DNA from: Gaiellaceae bacterium
GTDB lineage: Bacteria > Actinomycetota > Thermoleophilia > Gaiellales > Gaiellaceae
Direction of reading: 5' to 3'
NCBI GenBank assembly: GCA_036503495.1
Contig: DASXWV010000101.1
Span: forward strand, 2,023 to 66,022
DNA: 64,000 nucleotides
Shown here: positions 36,131 through 43,791 of the stretch, in pieces
Layout: the number at the start of each line of letters is the position of its first letter
Numbering within the stretch: the stretch's first letter is position 1
Notes under the pieces: generated by a model
Seen by the model: the letters and a program-made list of their open reading frames with translations, nothing else
Told to the model about the DNA's origin: nothing
Database searches by the model: none
Made by a program: the position numbers and the translations under genes

Positions 36131-36604
36131 TTATCCCTGCGTGTGCTTGAGCTGCGCCTCCTGCACCTGTGCCTCGGCGAGCGTCAGCGACCCCGCGCAG
36201 ACGCGCGCATTCAGGTCGTTCTCGATCCGGTCGACCGCGCTCGCGCGCGGATAGGGCTCCGGCCACAGGTTGCGAGGGTCGGTCGGGTCGCCGCCCAGCT
36301 CGAGCGAGATCAGATGATCCTCCTGGTAGGCGGCCGGTGGTCCGTGCTCGTCGTACATGCGCATCTGCTTGCGCTTGAGCGCGTTCGTGTAGTCGGTCGG
36401 CGGGCGGATCGTCCGCGTCCAGCCGCGCCGGCAGATCGTCGAGCCGATCGTCGCCTGCATCACTGCCGCGTTCAACACGCCGGGCGTGCGGACTGCATCC
36501 GCCACGAGCGGCGCGTGCACACTTCGGCGCGCGTAGAGCACGAGCGCAAGCACGAACAGGCCGAGGGCGGCGATCACGAGCACGCGGCGCAGATCCGTTG
36601 TCAT
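36131..36604 (-). CDS. Membrane-anchored HNH (His-Me finger) nuclease-like protein
   Basis: 157-aa protein from the ATG at 36604. N-terminal TM anchor (VLVIAALGLFVLALVLY). 'EDHLISLELGGDP.DP.NLWPEP' resembles the DH..PL.LGG...N HNH core. Confidence 0.6.
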   Translation of the reverse strand: MTTDLRRVLVIAALGLFVLALVLYARRSVHAPLVADAVRTPGVLNAAVMQATIGSTICRRGWTRTIRPPTDYTNALKRKQMRMYDEHGPPAAYQEDHLISLELGGDPTDPRNLWPEPYPRASAVDRIENDLNARVCAGSLTLAEAQVQEAQLKHTQG

Positions 36605-36615
36605 TGCAGACAACG

Positions 36616-38031
36616 CTACGCAGGCGACGGCTCGGCCGCAAGTCGCTCTTGCGGCCGTGTCCGGAAGAGCGCTGCGCCGGCGAGCCCCCACACGCAATAG
36701 GCGACCCACGGGTCGCCGATCACGTCGGTCTGGACGGCGAGCGCGAGCACCGCCGCGAACGCCGCGCACATTCGCAGCGCGCGCGAGCGTGCGAGCCCGA
36801 CGAGCACCGCCAGCCCCCACGCGATCCAGAGCAGGGACCCGAGCACGCCAAGCTCGACGCCGAGCTCCGTGTAGTTCGACTCGCCGGCCTGGAGCGGCGT
36901 CTTCGTCCGCGACGCGACCTGCCCGACGTTGCCGAGACCGTAGCCCTGCGGGTGATCGGCCATCGTCCGCACACCGTCCTTCAGCGACTGCCAGTGCTCG
37001 TGCAGCGACGGCTCGTCCTCGCTGACCGCCGAGAACGAGCCTTGCGGCCCCTTCTCGGCCTGCCGGTGCTGGTAGCGGAGGTCGGCGCGCGTGAACTGCC
37101 CGGTCGGCGCGATGTGTGGGAACGCATGCGCCCACGCGACCGCGACGACGATCACAAGTGCGGCGCCGCCGAGCGCGAACGCGGACCGGCGGAGCAGCGC
37201 AAGCACGACGAGCCCGCCCGCGAGCGCGACGAGCGACGAGCGCGAGAACGTCCACAGCAATCCCGCGAAGACGACGACGGCGAGCGCGAGCGCTGCTCGC
37301 CCGCGCCGCACGCCGACGAGAAGCGCCACGACGAACAGGTAGCCGCTCGCCAGCGGCGAGAGGAACGTCGTCACGAGCCGCCGCAGGAACGGCCGGTCGC
37401 CGCCGACGTTGTAGATGAAGTTCTCCGGCAGGTTGCCGGTGCCGTGGTAGTCGTAGCCGAGGTGCTTCCGGAAGTAGTCGACGACCGCCGACTGGCGCCA
37501 CCACGAGATCGGGATCGCGTAGACGTCGATCAACCCCCACGCTGCGACCGCGGCGGCGACACCGAAGAGCGTCCACACGAGCGCACGCCATTCGCGCCGC
37601 GTGACGACGAGCGAGCGCCCCAGGAAGTAGGCCCCGACGGGCACGACGTCGTGGCGCAGCCCGAGCGCGACCGCGCGGTGGCCGGCTTGGCCCCCGAGTG
37701 CCGACTGCGGGATCAGCGCGTAGACGACGCAGAGCAGCGCGAACGCGACCGCGAGCCAGTCGGCGACGCGCCAGACGAACGGCGGCGTCCGCGTCCGCAC
37801 AGCGGTGCAGACCACCCGGGCGAGTGCGACCGCGAGCAGGATCTCCTTCCACGCCGCGATCGCGGTCAGCGTCGAGCCGCGAATCCCGGCGCCGTACAGC
37901 GCGGCGAGCACCGCGTTGTGCAGCGCCAGTCCGACGAGGAAGAGAAAGAGGGCGACCACCGGCCGCCGCCAGACGGCAACGGCGGCGACGGCCAAGAGCA
38001 GGGCGTACAGGGCCAGCTCGAGGGCCGTCAT
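36616..38031 (-). CDS. O-antigen ligase / polymerase (Wzy_C) family membrane protein
   Basis: 471-aa protein from the ATG at 38031 (MTALELALYALLL). Ten or more TM helices, 'TFSRSSLVAL' and a large loop typical of the O-antigen ligase family. Confidence 0.8.
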   Translation of the reverse strand: MTALELALYALLLAVAAVAVWRRPVVALFLFLVGLALHNAVLAALYGAGIRGSTLTAIAAWKEILLAVALARVVCTAVRTRTPPFVWRVADWLAVAFALLCVVYALIPQSALGGQAGHRAVALGLRHDVVPVGAYFLGRSLVVTRREWRALVWTLFGVAAAVAAWGLIDVYAIPISWWRQSAVVDYFRKHLGYDYHGTGNLPENFIYNVGGDRPFLRRLVTTFLSPLASGYLFVVALLVGVRRGRAALALAVVVFAGLLWTFSRSSLVALAGGLVVLALLRRSAFALGGAALVIVVAVAWAHAFPHIAPTGQFTRADLRYQHRQAEKGPQGSFSAVSEDEPSLHEHWQSLKDGVRTMADHPQGYGLGNVGQVASRTKTPLQAGESNYTELGVELGVLGSLLWIAWGLAVLVGLARSRALRMCAAFAAVLALAVQTDVIGDPWVAYCVWGLAGAALFRTRPQERLAAEPSPA

Positions 38032-38048
38032 CGACGGCGAGGGTACAG

Positions 38049-38076
38049 CGGGCGGGGGCACACGCCCCCGCCCGCC
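38049..38076 (-). terminator. 12-bp perfect hairpin (gcgggcgggggc-acac-gcccccgcccgc) after the 32-aa sORF
   Basis: Lies 14 nt past the sORF stop codon on the minus strand, upstream of the O-antigen ligase start. Confidence 0.45.
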
Positions 38077-38089
38077 GGATCCGATCGGC

Positions 38090-38188
38090 CTAGATCGGGC
38101 CCCACGGCTCGCTGCCGAGAAGGACCGACGCGAGCGCCAGGACGGCGACGAGCAGGACGAGCCGGATGTAGAAGGAGTGACGGGACAC
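38090..38188 (-). CDS. 32-aa hydrophobic pro-peptide-like sORF (MSRHSFYIRLVLLVAVLALASVLLGSEPWGPI)
   Basis: Not in the ORF track because it is under 60 aa; translated by hand. The GTG start is preceded by 'AAAGGTGGGGG'. It has a basic N-terminus, a hydrophobic core and a polar tail 'SEPWGPI', and is followed by a hairpin. It is divergent from the HTH-TPR regulator gene. Confidence 0.45.
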   Translation of the reverse strand: MSRHSFYIRLVLLVAVLALASVLLGSEPWGPI

Positions 38189-38263
38189 GTCCCCCACCTT
38201 TCTTTTGCGAATCCCTCGTTCGAGGGACTCTGTGTCGCGCCCGACCGAAACAGACGCTGACGA

Positions 38264-38276
38264 CACTTGTCAAGTG
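38264..38276. promoter_or_regulatory. Palindrome CACTTG-T-CAAGTG, candidate operator
   Basis: Perfect 6+1+6 inverted repeat, 5 nt upstream of a TTGACG -35-like hexamer, between the sORF and the HTH-TPR gene. It shares the GTCAAGTG core with repeats at 58753..58773. Confidence 0.45.
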
Positions 38277-38280
38277 GGGA

Positions 38281-38309
38281 TTGACGTCGTCCGCAGAAAC
38301 CCCCATTAT
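38281..38309 (+). promoter_or_regulatory. Sigma70-like promoter (TTGACG, 17 nt spacer, CATTAT) giving a near-leaderless HTH-TPR mRNA
   Basis: The hexamers and spacing were read directly. The ATG at 38319 lies about 10 nt after the -10 hexamer and no Shine-Dalgarno is present. Confidence 0.4.
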
Positions 38310-38318
38310 TGGGCACAC

Positions 38319-39644
38319 ATGAGTCCGGACGGAGCGCCCGCCGCAGGCGAGACGATCGGGCAGCGGCTCAAGCGCCTGCGGCTGGAGAGGGGTCTTTCTC
38401 AGCGCGAGCTCGCTGCACCCGGCGTCTCATATGCCTACATCTCCCGCATCGAGGCGGGAACTCGACAGCCGTCGGTGAAAGCGCTGCGCCGGCTCGCCGC
38501 CAAGCTCGGCGTCACCGCCGACTACCTGGAGACCGGCTCCGATCTCGACCCCGCGAACGAACGCGAGCTGAGGCGGAGCGACCTCGAGCTCGCCGAACGG
38601 CTCGGCGAGCCGGACGGCGCCGAGGCCGGCTTGACCGAGCTCGCCCAGGAGGCGCACGCCGCCGGCGATCGCCGGACACTGCTCCGCGCGAACGTCGCAC
38701 TCGCGGCGCTCGCCCAGGAGCGCGGCGAGTTCGAGCGTGCGGTGACGCTGCTCGAACGCGCCCTCGAGGGCGAGCCGTTCGACCCGTCGGGCCTGATCGA
38801 CGTCTACGCGCAGCTTGCGCGCGCCTACTCGGTCTCGGGACGTCCGCACGCCGCCGTCGATCTCTTCCAACGCTGCTTCGACGACGTCTCGGACGGCGAG
38901 GATCCCGCTCTCGAAGCTCGTTACGCGACGGCGCTCAGCTATGCGCTCAGCGATATCGGCGAGATCACACGCGCCGAGCAGGTGCTCCAGCGCGCGCTCC
39001 AGCGCGGGAGCGACATCGAAGATCCGTACATGCGCGTGCGCCTCTACTGGTCGATGGCGCGGCTCGCACATCACGAGGGTCGAAGCACCGCCGCCCTCGA
39101 CAACGTCCGCAAGGCGATTGCTCTTCTCCGCCTGACAGAGGACACCGTTCATCTCGCACGCGCGAACCTGCTCGCGGCCGCGATCTCGCTTTCGCGTGAA
39201 GACACCGACGCCGGCGCGACGTATCTCGACCAGGCGGAGCAGCTCCTCGGCCCATCGCCGTCGACCGAGGATCTCTTCGAGCTCCGCATCCGCCGGTCGA
39301 AGGTCGCGCTGCTGCGGGGCGAGCGCGACGACGCGATCCGTCTCGCGCGCGAGGCCGTCGACATCGCAGGCAGCTACAACCCGGTCGAAGAAGGACTGGC
39401 GTTCTCTGTCCTCGGCGATGCGCTCGCGCTCGCCGAGGAGACGCAGGGCGCCGACGAGGCCTATCGCCGCTCGGTCGGCCTCCTCGAGGGCGAGGGCCGG
39501 TGGCGCGACGCGTCGAACACCTGCCGCTCGTGGGCTCGTATGCTGCGGCAGGTGGGTCGCGAGCAGCAGGCGATGGATGTGCTCGACCGCGCAGCCGAGC
39601 TGGCGATGCGCGCGACGCCTGCGGACGCCCGCGTCGAGCGTTGA
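38319..39644 (+). CDS. XRE-type HTH + TPR-repeat transcriptional regulator (441 aa)
   Basis: N-terminal 'GQRLKRLRLERGLSQRELA....YAYISRIEAG.RQPS...LRRLAAKLGV', followed by about 350 aa of repeated helix-pair (TPR-like) units. Paralogous to 57312..58655. Confidence 0.85.
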   Translation: MSPDGAPAAGETIGQRLKRLRLERGLSQRELAAPGVSYAYISRIEAGTRQPSVKALRRLAAKLGVTADYLETGSDLDPANERELRRSDLELAERLGEPDGAEAGLTELAQEAHAAGDRRTLLRANVALAALAQERGEFERAVTLLERALEGEPFDPSGLIDVYAQLARAYSVSGRPHAAVDLFQRCFDDVSDGEDPALEARYATALSYALSDIGEITRAEQVLQRALQRGSDIEDPYMRVRLYWSMARLAHHEGRSTAALDNVRKAIALLRLTEDTVHLARANLLAAAISLSREDTDAGATYLDQAEQLLGPSPSTEDLFELRIRRSKVALLRGERDDAIRLAREAVDIAGSYNPVEEGLAFSVLGDALALAEETQGADEAYRRSVGLLEGEGRWRDASNTCRSWARMLRQVGREQQAMDVLDRAAELAMRATPADARVER

Positions 39645-40474
39645 TCGAACGCCGGCTCGCGCCGCGCGGCCCGTACTCTCTCGCCTTCTCCGCCCGGCTG
39701 TCGAGCGACGCGACGCGCACGTTCCGCGACGGCGTCTTCACCGCCGTCGTGGGCGACGAGCTCGTGCGCGCGTGGCAGTCGCCAGACGGCACGATCACGG
39801 TCCGCGCGCGCACCGAGGCCGGAGTGGAGCGGCTGCGCTGGACGCTCGCGCTCGACGACGACCACTCCGATTTCCTCCGCGCAGTCCGGCACGACCCGAT
39901 GCTCGGCTCGGCCTCGCGCGCGCTGCGTGGGCTGCGCCCGGTTCGCCTGACGACGGTCGCGCAGTCGCTGCTGCGAGCATTTTGCGGCCAGCTCATCGAG
40001 GCGAAGCGTGCGCGGCGAATGGAGCAGTCGATCATCCGCACACTGTGCGCACCCGTCGCGGAGAACCTCCACGCCGCGCCGACGACACGCGACCTCGCCG
40101 CGCTCGCACCGTCGCAACTGCGCGCGATGGGGTTGCACACGCGCCGCGCCGCCGCGCTCGTCCGGCTCTGCCGGACGCTCGAGCTCGAGCGGCTGCACCA
40201 CGCAACGACGCCCGTCGTCGCGGCGCGGCTCGGGCGCGAGCGCGGGCTCGGTCCGTGGTCGATCGGCGTCGTCTGCCTGGAAGGGCTCGGCCGCTACGAC
40301 TACGGGCTCGTCGGCGACCTCGGCCTCGTGAAGCTGCTGCGAGAGCTGCGCGGCCGCGAGGTCGAGGGGTGGGAGACGGCGGAGCTGCTGGCACCGTATG
40401 GCGAGTTCGCAGGGCTCGCGAGCGTGTACATGCTGGCGGGCTACTCCCGCGGCATGGTTCCCTTAGCGGCATGA
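39641..40474 (+). CDS. HhH-GPD DNA glycosylase (AlkA-like 3-methyladenine DNA glycosylase II)
   Basis: TTG start overlaps the upstream stop (TTGA). 'GLGPWSIGVVCLEGLGRYDYGLVGDLGL' is the HhH-GPD motif with the catalytic Asp. Confidence 0.75.
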   Translation: MIERRLAPRGPYSLAFSARLSSDATRTFRDGVFTAVVGDELVRAWQSPDGTITVRARTEAGVERLRWTLALDDDHSDFLRAVRHDPMLGSASRALRGLRPVRLTTVAQSLLRAFCGQLIEAKRARRMEQSIIRTLCAPVAENLHAAPTTRDLAALAPSQLRAMGLHTRRAAALVRLCRTLELERLHHATTPVVAARLGRERGLGPWSIGVVCLEGLGRYDYGLVGDLGLVKLLRELRGREVEGWETAELLAPYGEFAGLASVYMLAGYSRGMVPLAA

Positions 40475-41271
40475 ACCGGATTGCAATCCTCGGCGCCGGC
40501 CGCATCGGCGAGGCGCTGCTCACCGGGCTGCTCAGCTCCGGCTGGTCGGACATCGTCGTCACGAGCCGCAGCGATGCCCGCGTCGCCGAGCTCCGCGAGC
40601 GCCACGGCGTCACCGCGACGACGTCGAATGCGGACGCCGTCACCGGTGCAGCGCTGATCGTCGTCGCGGTCAAGCCGCAGGACATCGACGCGCTGCTCGC
40701 GCAGATCCGCGATGCGGTATCGCCGGAGCAGACCGTGCTCTCGGTCGCGGCGGCGATCCCGACGGCGTATATCGAGGAGCGGCTGCCGGCGGGCGTGCCG
40801 GTCGTCCGCGCGATGCCGAACGCGCCGTCGACCGTCCACGAGGGGATGGCGGGCATCGCGCCGGGCTCGCACGCCGGCGACGAGCAGCTCGCGCTCGCCG
40901 AAGACGTGCTCACGCATCTCGGCCTCGTCGTCCGCGTCCCCGAGACTGCGATGGACGCGGTCACCGCCATCTCGGGGTCGGGGCCGGCGTACTTTGCGCT
41001 GCTCGCCGAGGCGATGATCGAGGCCGGGCTGCTCCTCGGCGTCTCGCGCGAGATCTCGACGAAGCTCGTCGTGCAGACGATGCTCGGCACGGCGAAGCAG
41101 CTCCGCGACGAGGGCATGCACCCGGTCGAGCTGCGCGAGGCCGTCACCTCGCCGGGCGGCACGACGATCGCCGCGATCCGCGAGCTCGAGCAGGCAGGCG
41201 TGCGTGCCGCGTTCCTGAACGCGATTCAGGCGGCGATGACGCGGGCACGTGAGCTTGCGTCCGGTGGCTAG
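40471..41271 (+). CDS. proC: Pyrroline-5-carboxylate reductase
   Basis: ATGA overlap with the upstream gene. 'IAILGAGRIGEAL', 'RAMPN.P', 'SGSGPAY', 'VTSPGGTT'. Confidence 0.9.
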   Translation: MNRIAILGAGRIGEALLTGLLSSGWSDIVVTSRSDARVAELRERHGVTATTSNADAVTGAALIVVAVKPQDIDALLAQIRDAVSPEQTVLSVAAAIPTAYIEERLPAGVPVVRAMPNAPSTVHEGMAGIAPGSHAGDEQLALAEDVLTHLGLVVRVPETAMDAVTAISGSGPAYFALLAEAMIEAGLLLGVSREISTKLVVQTMLGTAKQLRDEGMHPVELREAVTSPGGTTIAAIRELEQAGVRAAFLNAIQAAMTRARELASGG

Positions 41272-41935
41272 GCAAATCGACATCACGGTGGCGGAAGATC
41301 CGGCGCAGGTCGTCGCGGAACGGCTCGCCGCCGCCGCGCGCGACGGCGGGAACATCGTCCTCACCGGCGGCGGCAGCGTCGGCCGCGCGTACGAGCTCGC
41401 CGCGCAGCTCGAGAGCGACTGGACGAACGTCGACATCTGGTTCACCGACGAGCGCTGCGTGCCGGTGGAGGACGAGCGCTCGAACTTCCGCATGGTCGAC
41501 GAGAAGCTGCTGTCGCGCGTGCGCGCGCCGCGCGTCCATCGCATGCACGGCGAGCTCGGCCGCGATGAGGGCTCCGCCCGCTACGAGACCCAGCTCGGGC
41601 CCGTCGACCGCTTCGACTTCATCCTGCTCGGCATGGGCCCCGACGGGCACGTCGCGTCGCTCTTCCCCGCACAGCCGACGCTCGACGTCACGGAGCGGAA
41701 GGCGATCGGCGCCGAGGCGCACCTCGAGCCGTACGTCGACCGCATCACGCTGACGCTGCCGATGCTGCGCGGCGCGCGCGAGATCCTGTTCCTCGTCACG
41801 GGCGGCGACAAAGCGGAGGCGTGCGTGCGCGCGTTCGACGGCGAGCCGTCGCGCGAGACGCCGGCGTCGCTCGTGCGAGCGATCCGCGGCGCTACGACTG
41901 CGGTGCTCGACGAGGCAGCAGCGGCGAAGGTCTGA
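41249..41935 (+). CDS. pgl: 6-phosphogluconolactonase
   Basis: 228-aa ORF with 'LTGGGS', 'WFTDERCVP' and 'LLGMGPDGHVASLFP'. The alternative GTG at 41264 would shorten the overlap with proC. Confidence 0.85.
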   Translation: MSLRPVARQIDITVAEDPAQVVAERLAAAARDGGNIVLTGGGSVGRAYELAAQLESDWTNVDIWFTDERCVPVEDERSNFRMVDEKLLSRVRAPRVHRMHGELGRDEGSARYETQLGPVDRFDFILLGMGPDGHVASLFPAQPTLDVTERKAIGAEAHLEPYVDRITLTLPMLRGAREILFLVTGGDKAEACVRAFDGEPSRETPASLVRAIRGATTAVLDEAAAAKV

Positions 41936-42557
41936 GCTCGACGTCGCAGTCGCGCGCGACGGCGAGCGCCTGCAGCGCGAGCACGGTGTCGGCGACGCGG
42001 ACGTCCTCGAGGAAGTCGGGGCGCTGCTCGAACGACTCGAGGATGTCCTCGACCGCGAGCAGGTAGCCGGCACGGTCGCTCGCGGCGAGCGTGACGATCG
42101 CATCGGCCACCGCCATCGGGAACTCCGGAGCGTCGTTGCGGAGCGTCGAGCCGACGGCGCGCGCATCGACGTCCTCGCCGAGGGCAAGAAGCGCGAGCCC
42201 CGCGGCGTAGCGGCCGATCGGCGACTCGGCGTCGCGCGCGCCTGCGTCGAGCGGCCACCGCGCGTAGTCGCGAGCGTCGTCGCCGGCGATCAGCGCCGCC
42301 TTGATCGCCGCGATCGGGCGACCCCAGGCGTCGGGCGGCGCGCCGGCGTCCCACGACTCGCGGTAGCGGCGCGCGGCCGTGCGCAGCCAGTCACGCCCTT
42401 CGTCGGTCCGGCCGTCCATCAGGAGCGAGAGACCGCACGCCCAGGCCGCGTTGCCGAGCTGCGTCAGCCGGCGCTGGTCGGGCTCGCGTCCCGCTCCGGC
42501 TTCGTACCGGGCCTTCGCCGCCTCCGCCTGCTCCGCCCACCGCACGGGGCGGAGCAT
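41892..42557 (-). CDS. Hypothetical helical protein
   Basis: 221-aa ORF with a balanced, Trp/Asp-containing composition unlike shadow ORFs. No recognisable family. Converges on pgl with a 44-nt overlap. Confidence 0.5.
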   Translation of the reverse strand: MLRPVRWAEQAEAAKARYEAGAGREPDQRRLTQLGNAAWACGLSLLMDGRTDEGRDWLRTAARRYRESWDAGAPPDAWGRPIAAIKAALIAGDDARDYARWPLDAGARDAESPIGRYAAGLALLALGEDVDARAVGSTLRNDAPEFPMAVADAIVTLAASDRAGYLLAVEDILESFEQRPDFLEDVRVADTVLALQALAVARDCDVELRPSPLLPRRAPQS

Positions 42558-42573
42558 AGGAAACGCGCCCTGA

Positions 42574-42589
42574 TTGACTGGTCAGTCAA
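42574..42589. promoter_or_regulatory. Inverted repeat TTGACTG-gt-CAGTCAA upstream of fadA-fadB, candidate TetR/FadR-type operator
   Basis: 7-bp perfect arms, 20 nt upstream of the thiolase ATG. The TTG that the track used as an ORF start is part of this palindrome. Confidence 0.45.
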
Positions 42590-42609
42590 AGCGGCTATCG
42601 TGGCAGCGG

Positions 42610-43791
42610 ATGGCGCGCGAGGCACGCGAGGTCTACTTCGTCGACGGCGTGCGGACGCCGTTCGGCAAGGCGGGGCCGAAAGGCCAGTACTGGCGGACGC
42701 GGGCCGACGACCTCGGCGTCAAGGCCGTGCGCGAGCTGCTCCGCCGCAATCCCGAGGTGCCCGTCGAGCGGATCGGCGACGTCGCATTCGCCGCGACGGC
42801 GCAGGTCGGCGACCAGGGGCTGACGCTCGGCCGCGACGTCGCCCTCCTCGCCGGGCTGCCGGAATCCGTGCCCGGCTTCGCCGTCGACCGGATGTGTGCC
42901 GGAGCACTGACCGCCGTGACCGCGGCGGCGGGCGAGATCGCGTTCGGCGCCGTCGACGTCGCGATCGCGGGCGGCGTCGAGCACATGGGACACCACCCGA
43001 TGGGCGACGACGTCGACTTCAATCCGCGCTTCGTCAGCGAGCGGCTGATCGACGAGAGCGCCGCCGTCATGGGGAGCACGGCCGAGAACCTGCACGACCT
43101 CTTCCCGGCGATCACCAAGGAGCGCGCGGATGCGTTCGCGGTCCAGTCGCAGCAGCGCGCCGCGGCCGCGTGGGGCAACGGCATCATGTGCGAGACGGTC
43201 GTCCCGCTCACCGTCTTCAGCGACGACGGCTGGAAGCTCGCCGACCGCGACGAATTCCTCCGCCCCGACACGACGCTCGAGGGACTGGCACAGCTGAAGG
43301 CCGCGTTTCGCGCGGGCGGCCGCGTCACGGCCGGCAACTCGGCCGGTCTCACCGACGGCGCGACCGCCGCCTTCCTCGCGGCCGAGGACACGGCCGAGGA
43401 GCTCGGCCTCCACCCGAAGCTGCGCCTGGTCGGCTACGCGTACGCCGGCGTTCCGCCGCACCTGATGGGGCTCGGCCCCGTGCCCGCGACGAGGCGGGTG
43501 CTCGAGCAGACGGGCGTGACGCTCGACGAGATCGACGTCTTCGAGCTGAACGAGCCGTTCGCAGTCCAGGTGCTGACGTGGTGCGACGAGCTCGGCGTCG
43601 CGGCCGACGACCCGCGGCTCAATCCGTACGGCGGCGCGATCGCGTGCGGGCATCCGCTCGCGGCGACCGGTGTCCGGCTGATCGCGCAGCTCGCATACGG
43701 CCTGCGCGAGCGCGGCGGCCGCTACGGGCTGACCGCGCTCTGCGTCGGCATGGGCATGGGCTGCGCGATCCTCTGGGAGAACGTCCAGTAA
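42610..43791 (+). CDS. fadA: Acetyl-CoA C-acyltransferase (3-ketoacyl-CoA thiolase)
   Basis: ATG at 42610 (MAREAREVYFVDGVRTPFGKAG). Active-site 'DRMCAGAL', 'NEPFA', 'GGAIACGHPLAATG', 'CVGMGMG'. Confidence 0.9.
   Translation: MAREAREVYFVDGVRTPFGKAGPKGQYWRTRADDLGVKAVRELLRRNPEVPVERIGDVAFAATAQVGDQGLTLGRDVALLAGLPESVPGFAVDRMCAGALTAVTAAAGEIAFGAVDVAIAGGVEHMGHHPMGDDVDFNPRFVSERLIDESAAVMGSTAENLHDLFPAITKERADAFAVQSQQRAAAAWGNGIMCETVVPLTVFSDDGWKLADRDEFLRPDTTLEGLAQLKAAFRAGGRVTAGNSAGLTDGATAAFLAAEDTAEELGLHPKLRLVGYAYAGVPPHLMGLGPVPATRRVLEQTGVTLDEIDVFELNEPFAVQVLTWCDELGVAADDPRLNPYGGAIACGHPLAATGVRLIAQLAYGLRERGGRYGLTALCVGMGMGCAILWENVQ

Noticed and set aside
42574-42609. The TTG at 42574 as the thiolase start (track ORF MTGQSKRLSWQR..).
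   Set aside because: The TTG is the first arm of the TTGACTG-GT-CAGTCAA palindrome. Homology-like sequence (MAREAREVYFVDGVRTPFGK) begins at the ATG at 42610.
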